A stretch of DNA of 64,000 nt from Methanobrevibacter sp. (GTDB taxonomy: Archaea > Methanobacteriota > Methanobacteria > Methanobacteriales > Methanobacteriaceae), in the NCBI RefSeq assembly GCF_045539575.1, contig NZ_JAZQFM010000028.1, positions 113,687 to 177,686 on the forward strand, written 5' to 3'. Shown piece after piece: positions 49,301-58,698 of the stretch. A program made the translations under genes and the position numbers. A model generated the notes under the pieces. It made no database searches. It had not been told where the DNA came from and worked only from the letters and a program-made list of their open reading frames with translations. Each line of letters begins with the position of its first letter. Position 1 is the stretch's first letter.

Positions 49301-52300
49301 ATGTTATGCCTAGTATTATCTGTTGGGGCAGCATTCGCTGCTGATAATGCTACTGATGTCATAGCAGTCGATGATGAAATAACTGTCGATGAACCACTTG
49401 CTGTTGAACAAGATGTTCAGAAAGTAAGTGCAAATGAAAGTTCCGCTGCTGTAGTTACTCCAGAAAATGTTAATCAGTATATAGATGAATCTGGTCAATT
49501 GTATGAAAATGTTACTGCAGATGAGATAGTATTCGATGGTACTTTTAATAATTTGAATTTAACTGTTGAACGTGCCATTACATTGACTGGTGGAATTTTT
49601 AACAATCCAAACTTTGAAATTTATTCTAGTGATGTTCTATTGAGGAATTTCACAATTGTTCAAGATAATGGTGTTAATTCCATTTTCGTTGCTGGAGATG
49701 AAGAAAATCATACTTCTGATGTTGTAATTGACAATGTGAATATTGTATTTACAGATGACCAAATGGGTGCAGATGTAATTCCAATTCAAGTAATGCATTC
49801 CGATGATTTCATGTTAATGAATTCATATATTGCATATACTGGTAAAACCAACGGTTATTATATTAATAACGCTATCCGTTTAACCAATTCAAAAAATGCA
49901 ATAATTTTTAACAATAAGATACATGCAAATCTTGTTTCCGCTGCTGTCGGATGGGCTGAAGAGCCTGCAGGTTCTGGAATTTGGGTAAGCAATCCTATGA
50001 GTGAAGCAGTTGTAATTAAAAATTCAGATGGTGCTACTTTAGATGGCAACTTAATAAATGTTACTTATGGTGATGTTGTAGGTGCTTATGATACCATTTA
50101 TACTGTTGATGTATCAGAATCCAATGATGTTTTAATAACCAATAATGAGATTATATCTGATGGTAACAATTACATTTATGGCATTATTGTATCTGGTGAT
50201 GATTTCACAATCAGTGGTAATAACATTACCTCTACTGGGGTAGATTATGCTAACGGTATTGATATTGAAGGTCCTGCTACTGGTGTAGTTGAAAACAATA
50301 ATATTGCTGTTAATGCTGAAACAAGTGCATATGCAATCTATTCCGGTATGAACGGTCAAAATGTTAGCGCTAACTACACTGGAAATAACATCACCGGTAA
50401 AGCATATAATGTATTCGGTTTCTCCTTAGGTGATGTAGAATCCAATGTTAAAGATAATTACGTTGACCTTGAAGGTAATTATACTACCGGTCTTGCTGCT
50501 AAAACCGGTGTTTTAGATGTCACTGGAAACAGATTTGTTTTAATTTCTTCTGAAGAAGGTAATAAAACTATTAGTGAAGGAATGGGTGTTGCTGCTAGAG
50601 GTATTTTTGCAATGACTGGTAATGTTACTATTGATAGTAATGTTATTTCTACTTCCGGTGCTGGTGTTTTCTTAACTGGTGTGGATGCTGCTGATGTTAA
50701 AAATAACTTTATTAATGTTGTTGCTAATGCTGATAAGGATGCTTATGGTATTTATGCTGGTGTCCTTGGAGGTTTAACCGTCACTGATAATAATATTGAT
50801 TATGAAGGTGCTACTAATGGTGCTGGTGTTAATAATGCGCTTTTCATTGCTGGAACTGATGGTGCTATTGTTGCTAATAACAATTTCACTTTAGATTTAG
50901 TTTCCTCTTATGTTCCTTGGCCTGAAGTACCTGCAGGTTCAGGTAACTGGGTAAAAAGTCCTGTTAGTGAAGGTATTGTAGTTAAAGAATCTGATAATGT
51001 GGTATTTGATGGTAATAATGTAAATGTTACTTATGGCGATGTTGTAGGTGCTTATGATACTATTTATGCTGTTGATTTTGTTGATTCTAACAATGCTGTA
51101 ATTGCTAATAATGATATTGTTGCTAAAGGTAACTCTTATATTTATGGTATTATTTTGTCTGGTGATGATTTCATAATCAGGGCTAACAATATCACTTCTA
51201 CCGGTGTATACTATGCTAACGGTATTGATATTGAAGGTCCTGCAACTGGTGTTGTAGAAGACAACGTTATTGATGTTAATGCAGTAACAAGCGTTTATGC
51301 TATCTATTCCGGTATGAACGGTCAAAATGTAAGCGCTAATTACACTGGAAATAACATCACCGGTAAAGCTTACAATGTATTCGGTTTCTCCTTAGGTGAT
51401 GTCGAATCCAACATTGCAGATAACGAAATCTATCTTGAAGGTAATTACACTACTGGTATTGCTTACAGAGGTTCCTCTTTAGGCGTTTCCGGCAACCATA
51501 TAGTTTTAACCTCTTCCGAACAAGGTAATGAAACTATCTGGGAAAACTTCGGTGTTGAAGCTGTCGGTATTAAAGTTATTAACGGTACTGCAGTTATTGA
51601 AGACAACACTATTTCAACTCCTGGAAAAGGCGTTCATGTAGAAGGCGCTGAAACTGATGTTTACTTATATGAAAACTTCATCAATGTTGTCGGCAATGAA
51701 GATCAAAATGCTTACGCTATCTTTGCTATTGACGCTTCATCTTTATTTGTTAATTTGAATACTATTGATTATCAGGGTGCTACTACTGGTACCGGTGTTA
51801 ACAATGCTGTTTATGCAAACAATGTTACTTTGGTCACTATTTTAGGAAATAACTTCACTTTAGATTTGGTTTCCAGCTATGTTCCTTGGTTTGAAATTCC
51901 TGCAGGTTCAGGCAATTACGTATCCTTCCCTATTAGTGAAGGTATTGTAGTTGAAGATTCTGATGTGGTGTTCTCACTCAACAAGGTGGATGTAACCTAT
52001 GGTGATGTTGTAGGTTCTTACGATACAATTTATGCTGTTGACGTTAAAGCTGATAATGCATTAATTACCGATAACGAAATCAATGCTAAAGGTCACACCT
52101 ACATTTACGGTCTCATAGTCACTGGAGAAAACTTCACTATTGAATCTAACAACATCACTGTTGAATCCGATAACTATTATGCTAACGGTATTGATATTGA
52201 AGGTCCAGCTTCTGGTGTTGTAGAAGACAATGTTTTAGATGTTACTGGTGTCCAATCTGCTTATGCAATTTACTCAGGTATGAACGGTCAAGATGTAAGT

Positions 52301-53608
52301 GCTAACTACACTGGAAATAACATAACCGGTAACGCTTACAATGTATTCGGTTTCTCTTTAGGTGATGTCGAATCCAATATTGCAGATAATGAAATCCTTC
52401 TTACAGGTAACTACACTACAGGTATTGCTTACAGAGGTACAAAATTAACAGTTGATAATAATATTATCAGCGTATTAGGTACTAATGTAGGCGACGAATA
52501 TGTTTGGGAAGCATTTGGTGTAGAAACTATCGGTATTAAAGTAGTTAACGGATCTTCCACTATTACTAACAATGCAGTATTGTCCACTGGTGATTATCCT
52601 GTTGATGTACAAGGCACTGCTGCTTCAGTACATGACAACTCCTTAAGCGGTATGAGATTCATCGGTGATGAAGGTGTAAGAAATGATGCAAACTCAGAAG
52701 TTTACAATAACACTCCTGAAATAGGCAATAAAACTGCTACTGAAATTTTAATGAATGTTACATTTGATGGTGAAAATGGAACCATATATGGTACCTTGCA
52801 TGATGTTAATGGCACTCCAATTGATGATCCTGTTGATTATACTATAAATGGTATTCCTGGTACTGTAACTCCTAAAAATGGTAGTTTCCAAATAGATGGT
52901 TTAAATGGTGCAGAAATTGTCATCACTTTTTCTGGAGACAGTTATTTAAAAGGGTCCAATGTAACTATTGCATTGAACAAACCTCCTGCAGAAAAATTGG
53001 CAACACAATTCAATGTAACTAACGGATTAGTATTTACCTGTTATGCTGTTGATTATAAAGCTGGTGAACGTGGTAAACCATTCGAAGTATTATTGACTGA
53101 TTCTAACGGTAAACCTTTAGCTAATGTTACTGTTTACTTCGGTATTAACGGTTATGTCCACAACAAAACCACTGATGAAAACGGTGTTGCATCCTTGCCA
53201 ATCAACCTGCAAAATGCAAACACCTACACCTGTGCTGTAATGTTTATGGATGATGAAACACACAACGCTACATTTGCTGTTGCAAGCTTAAATGTGATTA
53301 AGAAAACAACTTCAATTACAGCAAGCGCAAAATCATACAAAGCATCTGTAAAAACCAAAAAATACACAGTTACCTTAAAAACCATTAAAGGATCTTCTGT
53401 GGATGGTAAAACTTACCTTAAATCTGGTTTAAAAGTAACTCTTAAAGTCAATGGTAAAACCTACACCGCAAAAATAAACGCTAAAGGTCAAGCTACATTT
53501 AAGATTACTAACTTGAGCAAAAAAGGTAAATTTGCTGCTCAAATCAAATTTGCAGGTGATAAAACCTACGCAGCATCATCTAAAAAAGTAACTTTGACTA
53601 TTAAATAG
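49301..53608 (+). CDS. Adhesin-like surface protein with three 322-aa tandem beta-helix modules and C-terminal Ig-like Lys-rich repeats
   Basis: 1435 aa from the ATG at 49301 (MLCLVLSVGAAFA|ADN). A better signal peptide results if initiation is at ATT 49268, which lies 6 nt after GAGGT. Has PbH1-like N-rich turns and a Big-like C-terminus. Confidence 0.85.
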   Translation: MLCLVLSVGAAFAADNATDVIAVDDEITVDEPLAVEQDVQKVSANESSAAVVTPENVNQYIDESGQLYENVTADEIVFDGTFNNLNLTVERAITLTGGIFNNPNFEIYSSDVLLRNFTIVQDNGVNSIFVAGDEENHTSDVVIDNVNIVFTDDQMGADVIPIQVMHSDDFMLMNSYIAYTGKTNGYYINNAIRLTNSKNAIIFNNKIHANLVSAAVGWAEEPAGSGIWVSNPMSEAVVIKNSDGATLDGNLINVTYGDVVGAYDTIYTVDVSESNDVLITNNEIISDGNNYIYGIIVSGDDFTISGNNITSTGVDYANGIDIEGPATGVVENNNIAVNAETSAYAIYSGMNGQNVSANYTGNNITGKAYNVFGFSLGDVESNVKDNYVDLEGNYTTGLAAKTGVLDVTGNRFVLISSEEGNKTISEGMGVAARGIFAMTGNVTIDSNVISTSGAGVFLTGVDAADVKNNFINVVANADKDAYGIYAGVLGGLTVTDNNIDYEGATNGAGVNNALFIAGTDGAIVANNNFTLDLVSSYVPWPEVPAGSGNWVKSPVSEGIVVKESDNVVFDGNNVNVTYGDVVGAYDTIYAVDFVDSNNAVIANNDIVAKGNSYIYGIILSGDDFIIRANNITSTGVYYANGIDIEGPATGVVEDNVIDVNAVTSVYAIYSGMNGQNVSANYTGNNITGKAYNVFGFSLGDVESNIADNEIYLEGNYTTGIAYRGSSLGVSGNHIVLTSSEQGNETIWENFGVEAVGIKVINGTAVIEDNTISTPGKGVHVEGAETDVYLYENFINVVGNEDQNAYAIFAIDASSLFVNLNTIDYQGATTGTGVNNAVYANNVTLVTILGNNFTLDLVSSYVPWFEIPAGSGNYVSFPISEGIVVEDSDVVFSLNKVDVTYGDVVGSYDTIYAVDVKADNALITDNEINAKGHTYIYGLIVTGENFTIESNNITVESDNYYANGIDIEGPASGVVEDNVLDVTGVQSAYAIYSGMNGQDVSANYTGNNITGNAYNVFGFSLGDVESNIADNEILLTGNYTTGIAYRGTKLTVDNNIISVLGTNVGDEYVWEAFGVETIGIKVVNGSSTITNNAVLSTGDYPVDVQGTAASVHDNSLSGMRFIGDEGVRNDANSEVYNNTPEIGNKTATEILMNVTFDGENGTIYGTLHDVNGTPIDDPVDYTINGIPGTVTPKNGSFQIDGLNGAEIVITFSGDSYLKGSNVTIALNKPPAEKLATQFNVTNGLVFTCYAVDYKAGERGKPFEVLLTDSNGKPLANVTVYFGINGYVHNKTTDENGVASLPINLQNANTYTCAVMFMDDETHNATFAVASLNVIKKTTSITASAKSYKASVKTKKYTVTLKTIKGSSVDGKTYLKSGLKVTLKVNGKTYTAKINAKGQATFKITNLSKKGKFAAQIKFAGDKTYAASSKKVTLTIK
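49865..52665 (+). repeat. Three tandem in-frame coding repeats of about 966 bp
   Basis: The landmark GGTATGAACGGTCAA..AATAACAT.ACCGGTAA..C.TA.AATGTATTCGGTTTCTC.TTAGGTGATGT.GAATCCAA recurs at 50345, 51311 and 52277 (period 966). The protein copies align end to end. Confidence 0.9.
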
Positions 53609-53866
53609 AGGGGATTAATTATCTCTTCTAACTTTTTTTATTTTTTCAATAATATCATCTGTTTCATGTAGATGTGTCAGTTTTTATAATCTGTTTTCAA
53701 AATCCACACTCATTTTAATTAAAAATAGATTTAAATATTTTGAAAAATTTTTCATAAATTATAATTTAATTAATCGTATTTGTAATTTAATGACAATTAA
53801 TTTCGATGGTGATTTTGGTTAATTTTCAATATTAAAAAAAAGAAGGAAAATTAGCATAAAGCTAAT

Positions 53867-55009
53867 TTATTTCATTGCATCTTTGACCCTGTCGAAGAGT
53901 CCTTTTTCAACATGTCTAATTTCATCTCCGCTGACTTCGGCAAACTCTTTAAGTATTTTCTTTTGTTTTGAGTTTAATTTTTTAGGAACAACTACGGTTG
54001 CTGTAACATACATGTTTCCTCTACCGTTATGTCTAACAGAGTTCATACCTTGTCCTCTTAATTTGAATACGGTTCCGCTTTGTGTTCCTGCAGGTATTTT
54101 AAATTCAACTTCTTTTCCTTCAATTGTAGGAATGCTGATTGAATCACCGAGTGCAGCCTGTGGGAAACTGATTTGTTGTTCTAGGTATATGTGATCGCCT
54201 TCACGAACGAATTGCTTATTCCTTTTAATGTGGACTGTGACAATTAAATCCCCTTCAAGTCCAGGTGCTTCACCGCAGTTTCCTTCACCGGAAACCCTTA
54301 AGTGGTTGCCTTCATCGACACCTTCTGGAATTTCAATTTTAATGGTTTTGGATTTTCTTTTGCTTCCTTTACCGTGACAGTCTTCACATGGTTCAGTAAT
54401 GATTTTACCGGTTCCGCCACATTCTCTACATGGCCTTACATTAACCATTTGACCTAGGAATGTATTGCTGACTTCCTTAATCTGTCCTGTTCCTCCACAT
54501 TTTGGACAGGTTTCAGGATTGGAACCTGGTTTGGATTTGGACCCGTTACATGTTGGACATAATTCGCTTCTTGTAATCTTGATTTCTTTATCGCATCCGT
54601 TAAATGCTTCTTCTAAAGTAATTGGAACTTCAGTATAGATGTCAGAACCTCTTTGAGGGCCTGTTCTTCCACGGTTGCGACCTGCTCCACCAAAACCAAA
54701 CATTTCAAATATGTTTCCAATATCAAACCCTTGGAAAATATCCTCAAAGTTCACGTTTTGATAGAAGTCTTCAGCAGTAAATCCATCCATTCCCGCATGA
54801 CCGAATTGATCATATCTTTGACGTTTTTCATCATCAGACAAGACAGCATAAGCTTCACTAACTTCTTTAAACTTATCTTCAGCATCTGGTTCATCACAAA
54901 CGTCTGGATGGTATTTTCTGGCTAATTTACGATAAGCTTTTTTGATTGTCTTTTCATCCGCAGTTTTATCTACTCCAAGAACTTCATAATAATCTCGCTT
55001 GTCTGCCAT
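53867..55009 (-). CDS. dnaJ: Molecular chaperone DnaJ
   Basis: J domain (DYYEVLGV...HPD), G/F region, and four CxxCxGxG zinc-finger repeats. 380 aa. Confidence 0.95.
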   Translation of the reverse strand: MADKRDYYEVLGVDKTADEKTIKKAYRKLARKYHPDVCDEPDAEDKFKEVSEAYAVLSDDEKRQRYDQFGHAGMDGFTAEDFYQNVNFEDIFQGFDIGNIFEMFGFGGAGRNRGRTGPQRGSDIYTEVPITLEEAFNGCDKEIKITRSELCPTCNGSKSKPGSNPETCPKCGGTGQIKEVSNTFLGQMVNVRPCRECGGTGKIITEPCEDCHGKGSKRKSKTIKIEIPEGVDEGNHLRVSGEGNCGEAPGLEGDLIVTVHIKRNKQFVREGDHIYLEQQISFPQAALGDSISIPTIEGKEVEFKIPAGTQSGTVFKLRGQGMNSVRHNGRGNMYVTATVVVPKKLNSKQKKILKEFAEVSGDEIRHVEKGLFDRVKDAMK

Positions 55010-55147
55010 TTGTACACCTTAAAAAAATAATTTTAAAAAAAATAGATAGAAAAAATAATAGTTTTATCTATTGTTAGTTTATTGATTGATTCTGATTTCT
55101 GATTTTAATATATTTACCAACAATATAATAAAACTTTATTATTAATT

Positions 55148-57022
55148 CTAGTCTTTTACTTCATAGTCTGCATCAATTGTGTCATCATCGTTGTTGTCTT
55201 GAGCACCTGCATTAGGGTCAGCTCCAGCTTGTTGTTGAGCTTGTGCTTCTGCTTGTGCTTGTTGGTAGATTTTAGCACCAATTTCTTGAATTACATTGGA
55301 TAATTCATCAGACTTTTCTTTAATGGCAGCAACATCATCGCCAGCTATAAGTTCTCTTAATTCAGCTACAAGTCCTTCGACTTTTGATTTTTCATCTTCA
55401 GATACTTGATCTTTAAGTTCGTCTAAGGTTTTTTCTGAAGTGTAAATTAATGAGTCTGCGTTGTTTCTGATTTCAATTTCTTCTTGTCTTTTTGCGTCTG
55501 CTTCAGCATTCATTTCTGCTTCTTTGATTTTTTGTTCGATTTCTTCATCGGACAATTTTGTGGATGAGGTAATGGTAATTGCTTGTTCTTTACCTGTTCC
55601 TTTATCTTTAGCAGTTACGTTAATGATACCGTTAGCGTCAATATCGAAGGTTACTTCGATTTGTGGTACTCCTCTTGGTGCAGGTGGGATTCCTACAAGT
55701 TGGAAACGTCCAAGTGAGGTGTTGTCTGCAGCCATTTTTCTTTCCCCTTGCAATACATTGATGTCTACAGATGGTTGGTTATCTGCAGCAGTGGAGAATA
55801 CTTGGCTTTTCTTGGTAGGGATAGTAGTGTTCCTTTCAATTAAAGTGGTTGATACTCCACCTAAGGTTTCAATACCTAATGATAATGGAGTTACGTCTAA
55901 AAGAACGATGTCTTTAATTTCACCAGCTAATACTCCTCCTTGAATAGCAGCACCCATGGATACACATTCCATTGGGTCAATACCACGTTCTACTGGTTTA
56001 CCTATGAATTTTTCAACGAATTTTTGTACGATTGGCATTCTGGTAGGTCCACCGACTAAGATAATTTTATCAATTTCAGATTTGCTCATTTTAGCATCAT
56101 CTAATGCTTGTTGCATTGGTTTACCTGATTTTTCAACAATGTGGTCAACTAATTCTTCTAATTTTGCTCTGGAAATAGTGTCGATTAAGTTTTTAGGAGT
56201 TCCATCAGTTCCCATTGCGATGAATGGTAAGTTTACTTCGGTAGTTGTGGTGGTGGATAATTCGATTTTTGCTTTTTCAGCAGCTTCTCTTAATCTTTGT
56301 ACTGCTTGATCATTTTCCATTAAATCGATGCCTTCTTTTTCTTTGAATTGGTCAGCTAAGTATTTGATTAACACATTATCCATATCGGTACCACCGAGTT
56401 GGGTGTCCCCACTGGTTGATCTTACTTCAAATACTCCTCCACCGAATTCCATGATGGTTACATCCAAGGTACCTCCACCTAAATCGTAAACCATAATGTT
56501 CATGTCTTCTTCGTCTGCTTTGTCAAGACCATATGCGAGGCTTGCTGCTGTTGGTTCGTTTACAAGTCTTACTACGTCAAGTCCAGCAATGGTTCCTGCA
56601 TCTTTAGTTGCAGTCCTTTGGTTATCGTCAAAGTAAGCAGGTACGGTAATTACAGCTTTTTCGATAGGTTCGCCTAAGAATGATTCTGCATCTTTTTTAA
56701 TTTTTTGTAAGATGAATGCTGAAATTTCTTGTGGAGAATATTGTTTTCCGTTTACAGTTACCTTGTGATCTGTACCCATGCTTCTTTTGATTGCACTGAT
56801 AGTGTTTTCTGGGTTGGTAACTGCTTGTCTTCTTGCAGGTTCTCCAACTAACATTTGACCGTCTTCAGTAAATGCAACATAACTTGGGAAGGATTTACCG
56901 TATTGACTTGCTCCTTCAGCGGAAGGGATTGTGGTTGGTTTACCTCCTACAAGTACAGATGCTGCTGAGTTACTTGTACCTAAATCAATTCCAATAATTT
57001 TTTCTTTTTTAGTATCAGACAT
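55148..57022 (-). CDS. dnaK: Molecular chaperone DnaK (Hsp70)
   Basis: Motifs: [31 protein letters not shown]. The ATG at 57022 is preceded by GGTGAT. The ORF-track GTG at 57034 is less likely. Confidence 0.95.
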   Translation of the reverse strand: MSDTKKEKIIGIDLGTSNSAASVLVGGKPTTIPSAEGASQYGKSFPSYVAFTEDGQMLVGEPARRQAVTNPENTISAIKRSMGTDHKVTVNGKQYSPQEISAFILQKIKKDAESFLGEPIEKAVITVPAYFDDNQRTATKDAGTIAGLDVVRLVNEPTAASLAYGLDKADEEDMNIMVYDLGGGTLDVTIMEFGGGVFEVRSTSGDTQLGGTDMDNVLIKYLADQFKEKEGIDLMENDQAVQRLREAAEKAKIELSTTTTTEVNLPFIAMGTDGTPKNLIDTISRAKLEELVDHIVEKSGKPMQQALDDAKMSKSEIDKIILVGGPTRMPIVQKFVEKFIGKPVERGIDPMECVSMGAAIQGGVLAGEIKDIVLLDVTPLSLGIETLGGVSTTLIERNTTIPTKKSQVFSTAADNQPSVDINVLQGERKMAADNTSLGRFQLVGIPPAPRGVPQIEVTFDIDANGIINVTAKDKGTGKEQAITITSSTKLSDEEIEQKIKEAEMNAEADAKRQEEIEIRNNADSLIYTSEKTLDELKDQVSEDEKSKVEGLVAELRELIAGDDVAAIKEKSDELSNVIQEIGAKIYQQAQAEAQAQQQAGADPNAGAQDNNDDDTIDADYEVKD

Positions 57023-57069
57023 AATTATCACCAAATTTTTTTATTATATATAATTAAATAAACGTAATT

Positions 57070-57621
57070 TTATTTTTTACAAACAATGACTTTAGAGTAT
57101 TTTAGAACTTTGTCCTTGTACATGTATCCTTTCATCAATTCTTCTATAACATATCCGTTTTCAACATCATCAGATGCTTGAACCATTAACGCTTCATGTT
57201 TGTTCAAGTCAAATTTTTCTCCTTTGGCGGGGATTTCTTCAACACCTTCTTTTGTTAAAATATCTTTGAATTTGTTATATGTAAGTTCTATACCTTCTCT
57301 TAAATTTTCATCATTTTCAACATTTAAAGCTCTACCAAAGTCTTCATAGCAATCCAAAAACTCTTTAATGATTTTTTCATTAGCAAATTTTATGATGTCT
57401 TTGTTTTGCTTGTCTGTGATTTTTTTGAAATTTTCAAAATCTGCTTGAAGTCTTTGTGCAAGTGAAATGTACTCCTGTGTTTCACTTTCCTGCTTTTCAA
57501 GATCTTCTTTGAGTTTTTCTATTTCTTCGTTTTTTAGATTGACCTCTTCAAGAAGCTCATAGTATTGTTGTTGAAGATCTTTAGTTTCAACTTCAGTTTC
57601 ACTTTTATTTTCGTCAGTCAT
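57070..57621 (-). CDS. grpE: Nucleotide exchange factor GrpE
   Basis: Coiled N-terminus and RLQADFENFKK. 183 aa, immediately upstream of dnaK. AGGTG lies 5 nt before the ATG. Confidence 0.9.
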   Translation of the reverse strand: MTDENKSETEVETKDLQQQYYELLEEVNLKNEEIEKLKEDLEKQESETQEYISLAQRLQADFENFKKITDKQNKDIIKFANEKIIKEFLDCYEDFGRALNVENDENLREGIELTYNKFKDILTKEGVEEIPAKGEKFDLNKHEALMVQASDDVENGYVIEELMKGYMYKDKVLKYSKVIVCKK

Positions 57622-57646
57622 GTGTACACCTTTTTAGGTTATTTTT

Positions 57647-57771
57647 GAAAAACTTTGTAATAACTCTCTGAAGAGAATCATGGCTTTAAGTTATTTAATA
57701 CTTGGTTTTTGGGAATTTATGGACATATAGGAAAATGGTTCATCATTCTGAGTTATTACATCAAGTTTTTC
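57647..57771 (-). promoter_or_regulatory. Long imperfect inverted repeat in the predicted grpE 5' leader
   Basis: GAAAAACTTTGTAATAACTC (57647-57666) is complementary to GAGTTATTACATCAAGTTTTTC (57750-57771), with a 2-nt bulge. Further pairing extends inward (AGAAT/ATTCT). Confidence 0.5.
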
Positions 57772-57786
57772 TAAACCAAATATTAA

Positions 57787-57848
57787 AGTAACAAAAAGTT
57801 ATCTTTTCTCTTACATTATTATAGTAACAAAAAGTTATATAAAGTTTT
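57787..57848 (-). promoter_or_regulatory. grpE promoter (BRE/TATA) with two identical 16-bp operator-like palindromic boxes
   Basis: AGTAACAAAAAGTTAT occurs at 57787-57802 and 57823-57838 (core TAAC-N5-GTTA). On the minus strand, AAAACTTTATATAAC (TATA around 57835-57842) sits just upstream of the boxes. Confidence 0.5.
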
Positions 57849-58036
57849 CGATAAATTGAAGTTAGAAAAATTTCATCAGAAATGCTTTATTTTCGTTATT
57901 TTTTCATTAAAATTAACATGGTTATTTAATTTATTGGTTAATTGTAAATTAACTTATTTTTTTAAATATTTTAAATTTTTATTTCAAATTATCTGAATTG
58001 GGGTTGTTATATTCGAGAAAAGTTTTCTTACATATT

Positions 58037-58075
58037 GTAACAAAAACAATTAATTTTATATAACTTTTCAACATA
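58037..58075 (+). promoter_or_regulatory. Promoter of the Phr-like regulator with a degenerate copy of the box
   Basis: GTAACAAAAACAAT at 58037-58050, and TTTATATA at 58055-58062, which ends 24 nt before the ATG at 58086 with no SD (leaderless). It shares TTTATATAACTTTT with the grpE promoter. Confidence 0.45.
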
Positions 58076-58085
58076 ATGTATAATC

Positions 58086-58649
58086 ATGAGAAATACAGAT
58101 GACATTAAAAAGAATAATAATGTCAATTCTTCTAATGGCCACATTGAAATTAGAGGAAACTATAACGACCAATTAGGAGATATTGATAAAGAAGATATAC
58201 TTGACGTAATGGGTTGTAAAACTAGAAGAGATATTATAAATCTATTGAGAGAAGAACCGATGTTTGTAAGCGAAATATCCAATGAGCTGGATATCGGTCA
58301 GAAAGCTATCATAGAACACTTGAGGGCTATGGAAGATATCGGTATTTTGAACTCTTCTTACAAGAAAATCTTGAGAGGTCGCCCGCGCAAATATTATGAT
58401 TTGCAGCATGAGGTTAATATTCACATCACAATTAACAAGAACACATTTGATGTTAACCTTTCAGAGGACATGTTAAATACTCTTCAGCTTCCTTCAGGTG
58501 ACGAATGGTCTAAACTTTTGGATATTGAAAAAAGAATAGATGCTGGTCAGCTTGAAGCTATTGATGAGTTAAAAAATCAAATAAGATTATACGGTAATCT
58601 TAAGGAAAGAGCTGAATATATTCTTGAGAGAACTTTAAAAGGTAGATAA
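58086..58649 (+). CDS. ArsR-type winged-helix regulator with C-terminal coiled coil; Phr (archaeal heat-shock regulator)-like
   Basis: TRRDIINLLREEPMFVSEISNELDIGQKAIIEHLRAMEDIGIL...RGRPRKYY, followed by a long helical tail. This is the same architecture and GRPRKYY wing that I recall for Pyrococcus Phr. Divergent from grpE. Confidence 0.65.
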   Translation: MRNTDDIKKNNNVNSSNGHIEIRGNYNDQLGDIDKEDILDVMGCKTRRDIINLLREEPMFVSEISNELDIGQKAIIEHLRAMEDIGILNSSYKKILRGRPRKYYDLQHEVNIHITINKNTFDVNLSEDMLNTLQLPSGDEWSKLLDIEKRIDAGQLEAIDELKNQIRLYGNLKERAEYILERTLKGR

Positions 58650-58698
58650 ACTAATTACGTGGTCATTAATTCAATGGTTTAACTTTTTTAAACCATTT

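Noticed and set aside
57622-58085. CIRCE element (HrcA operator) upstream of the bacterial-type grpE-dnaK-dnaJ operon
   Set aside because: I did not find any TTAGCACTC-N9-GAGTGCTAA-like sequence, and no hrcA gene is present. The repeats that do exist have a different core (TAAC-N5-GTTA).
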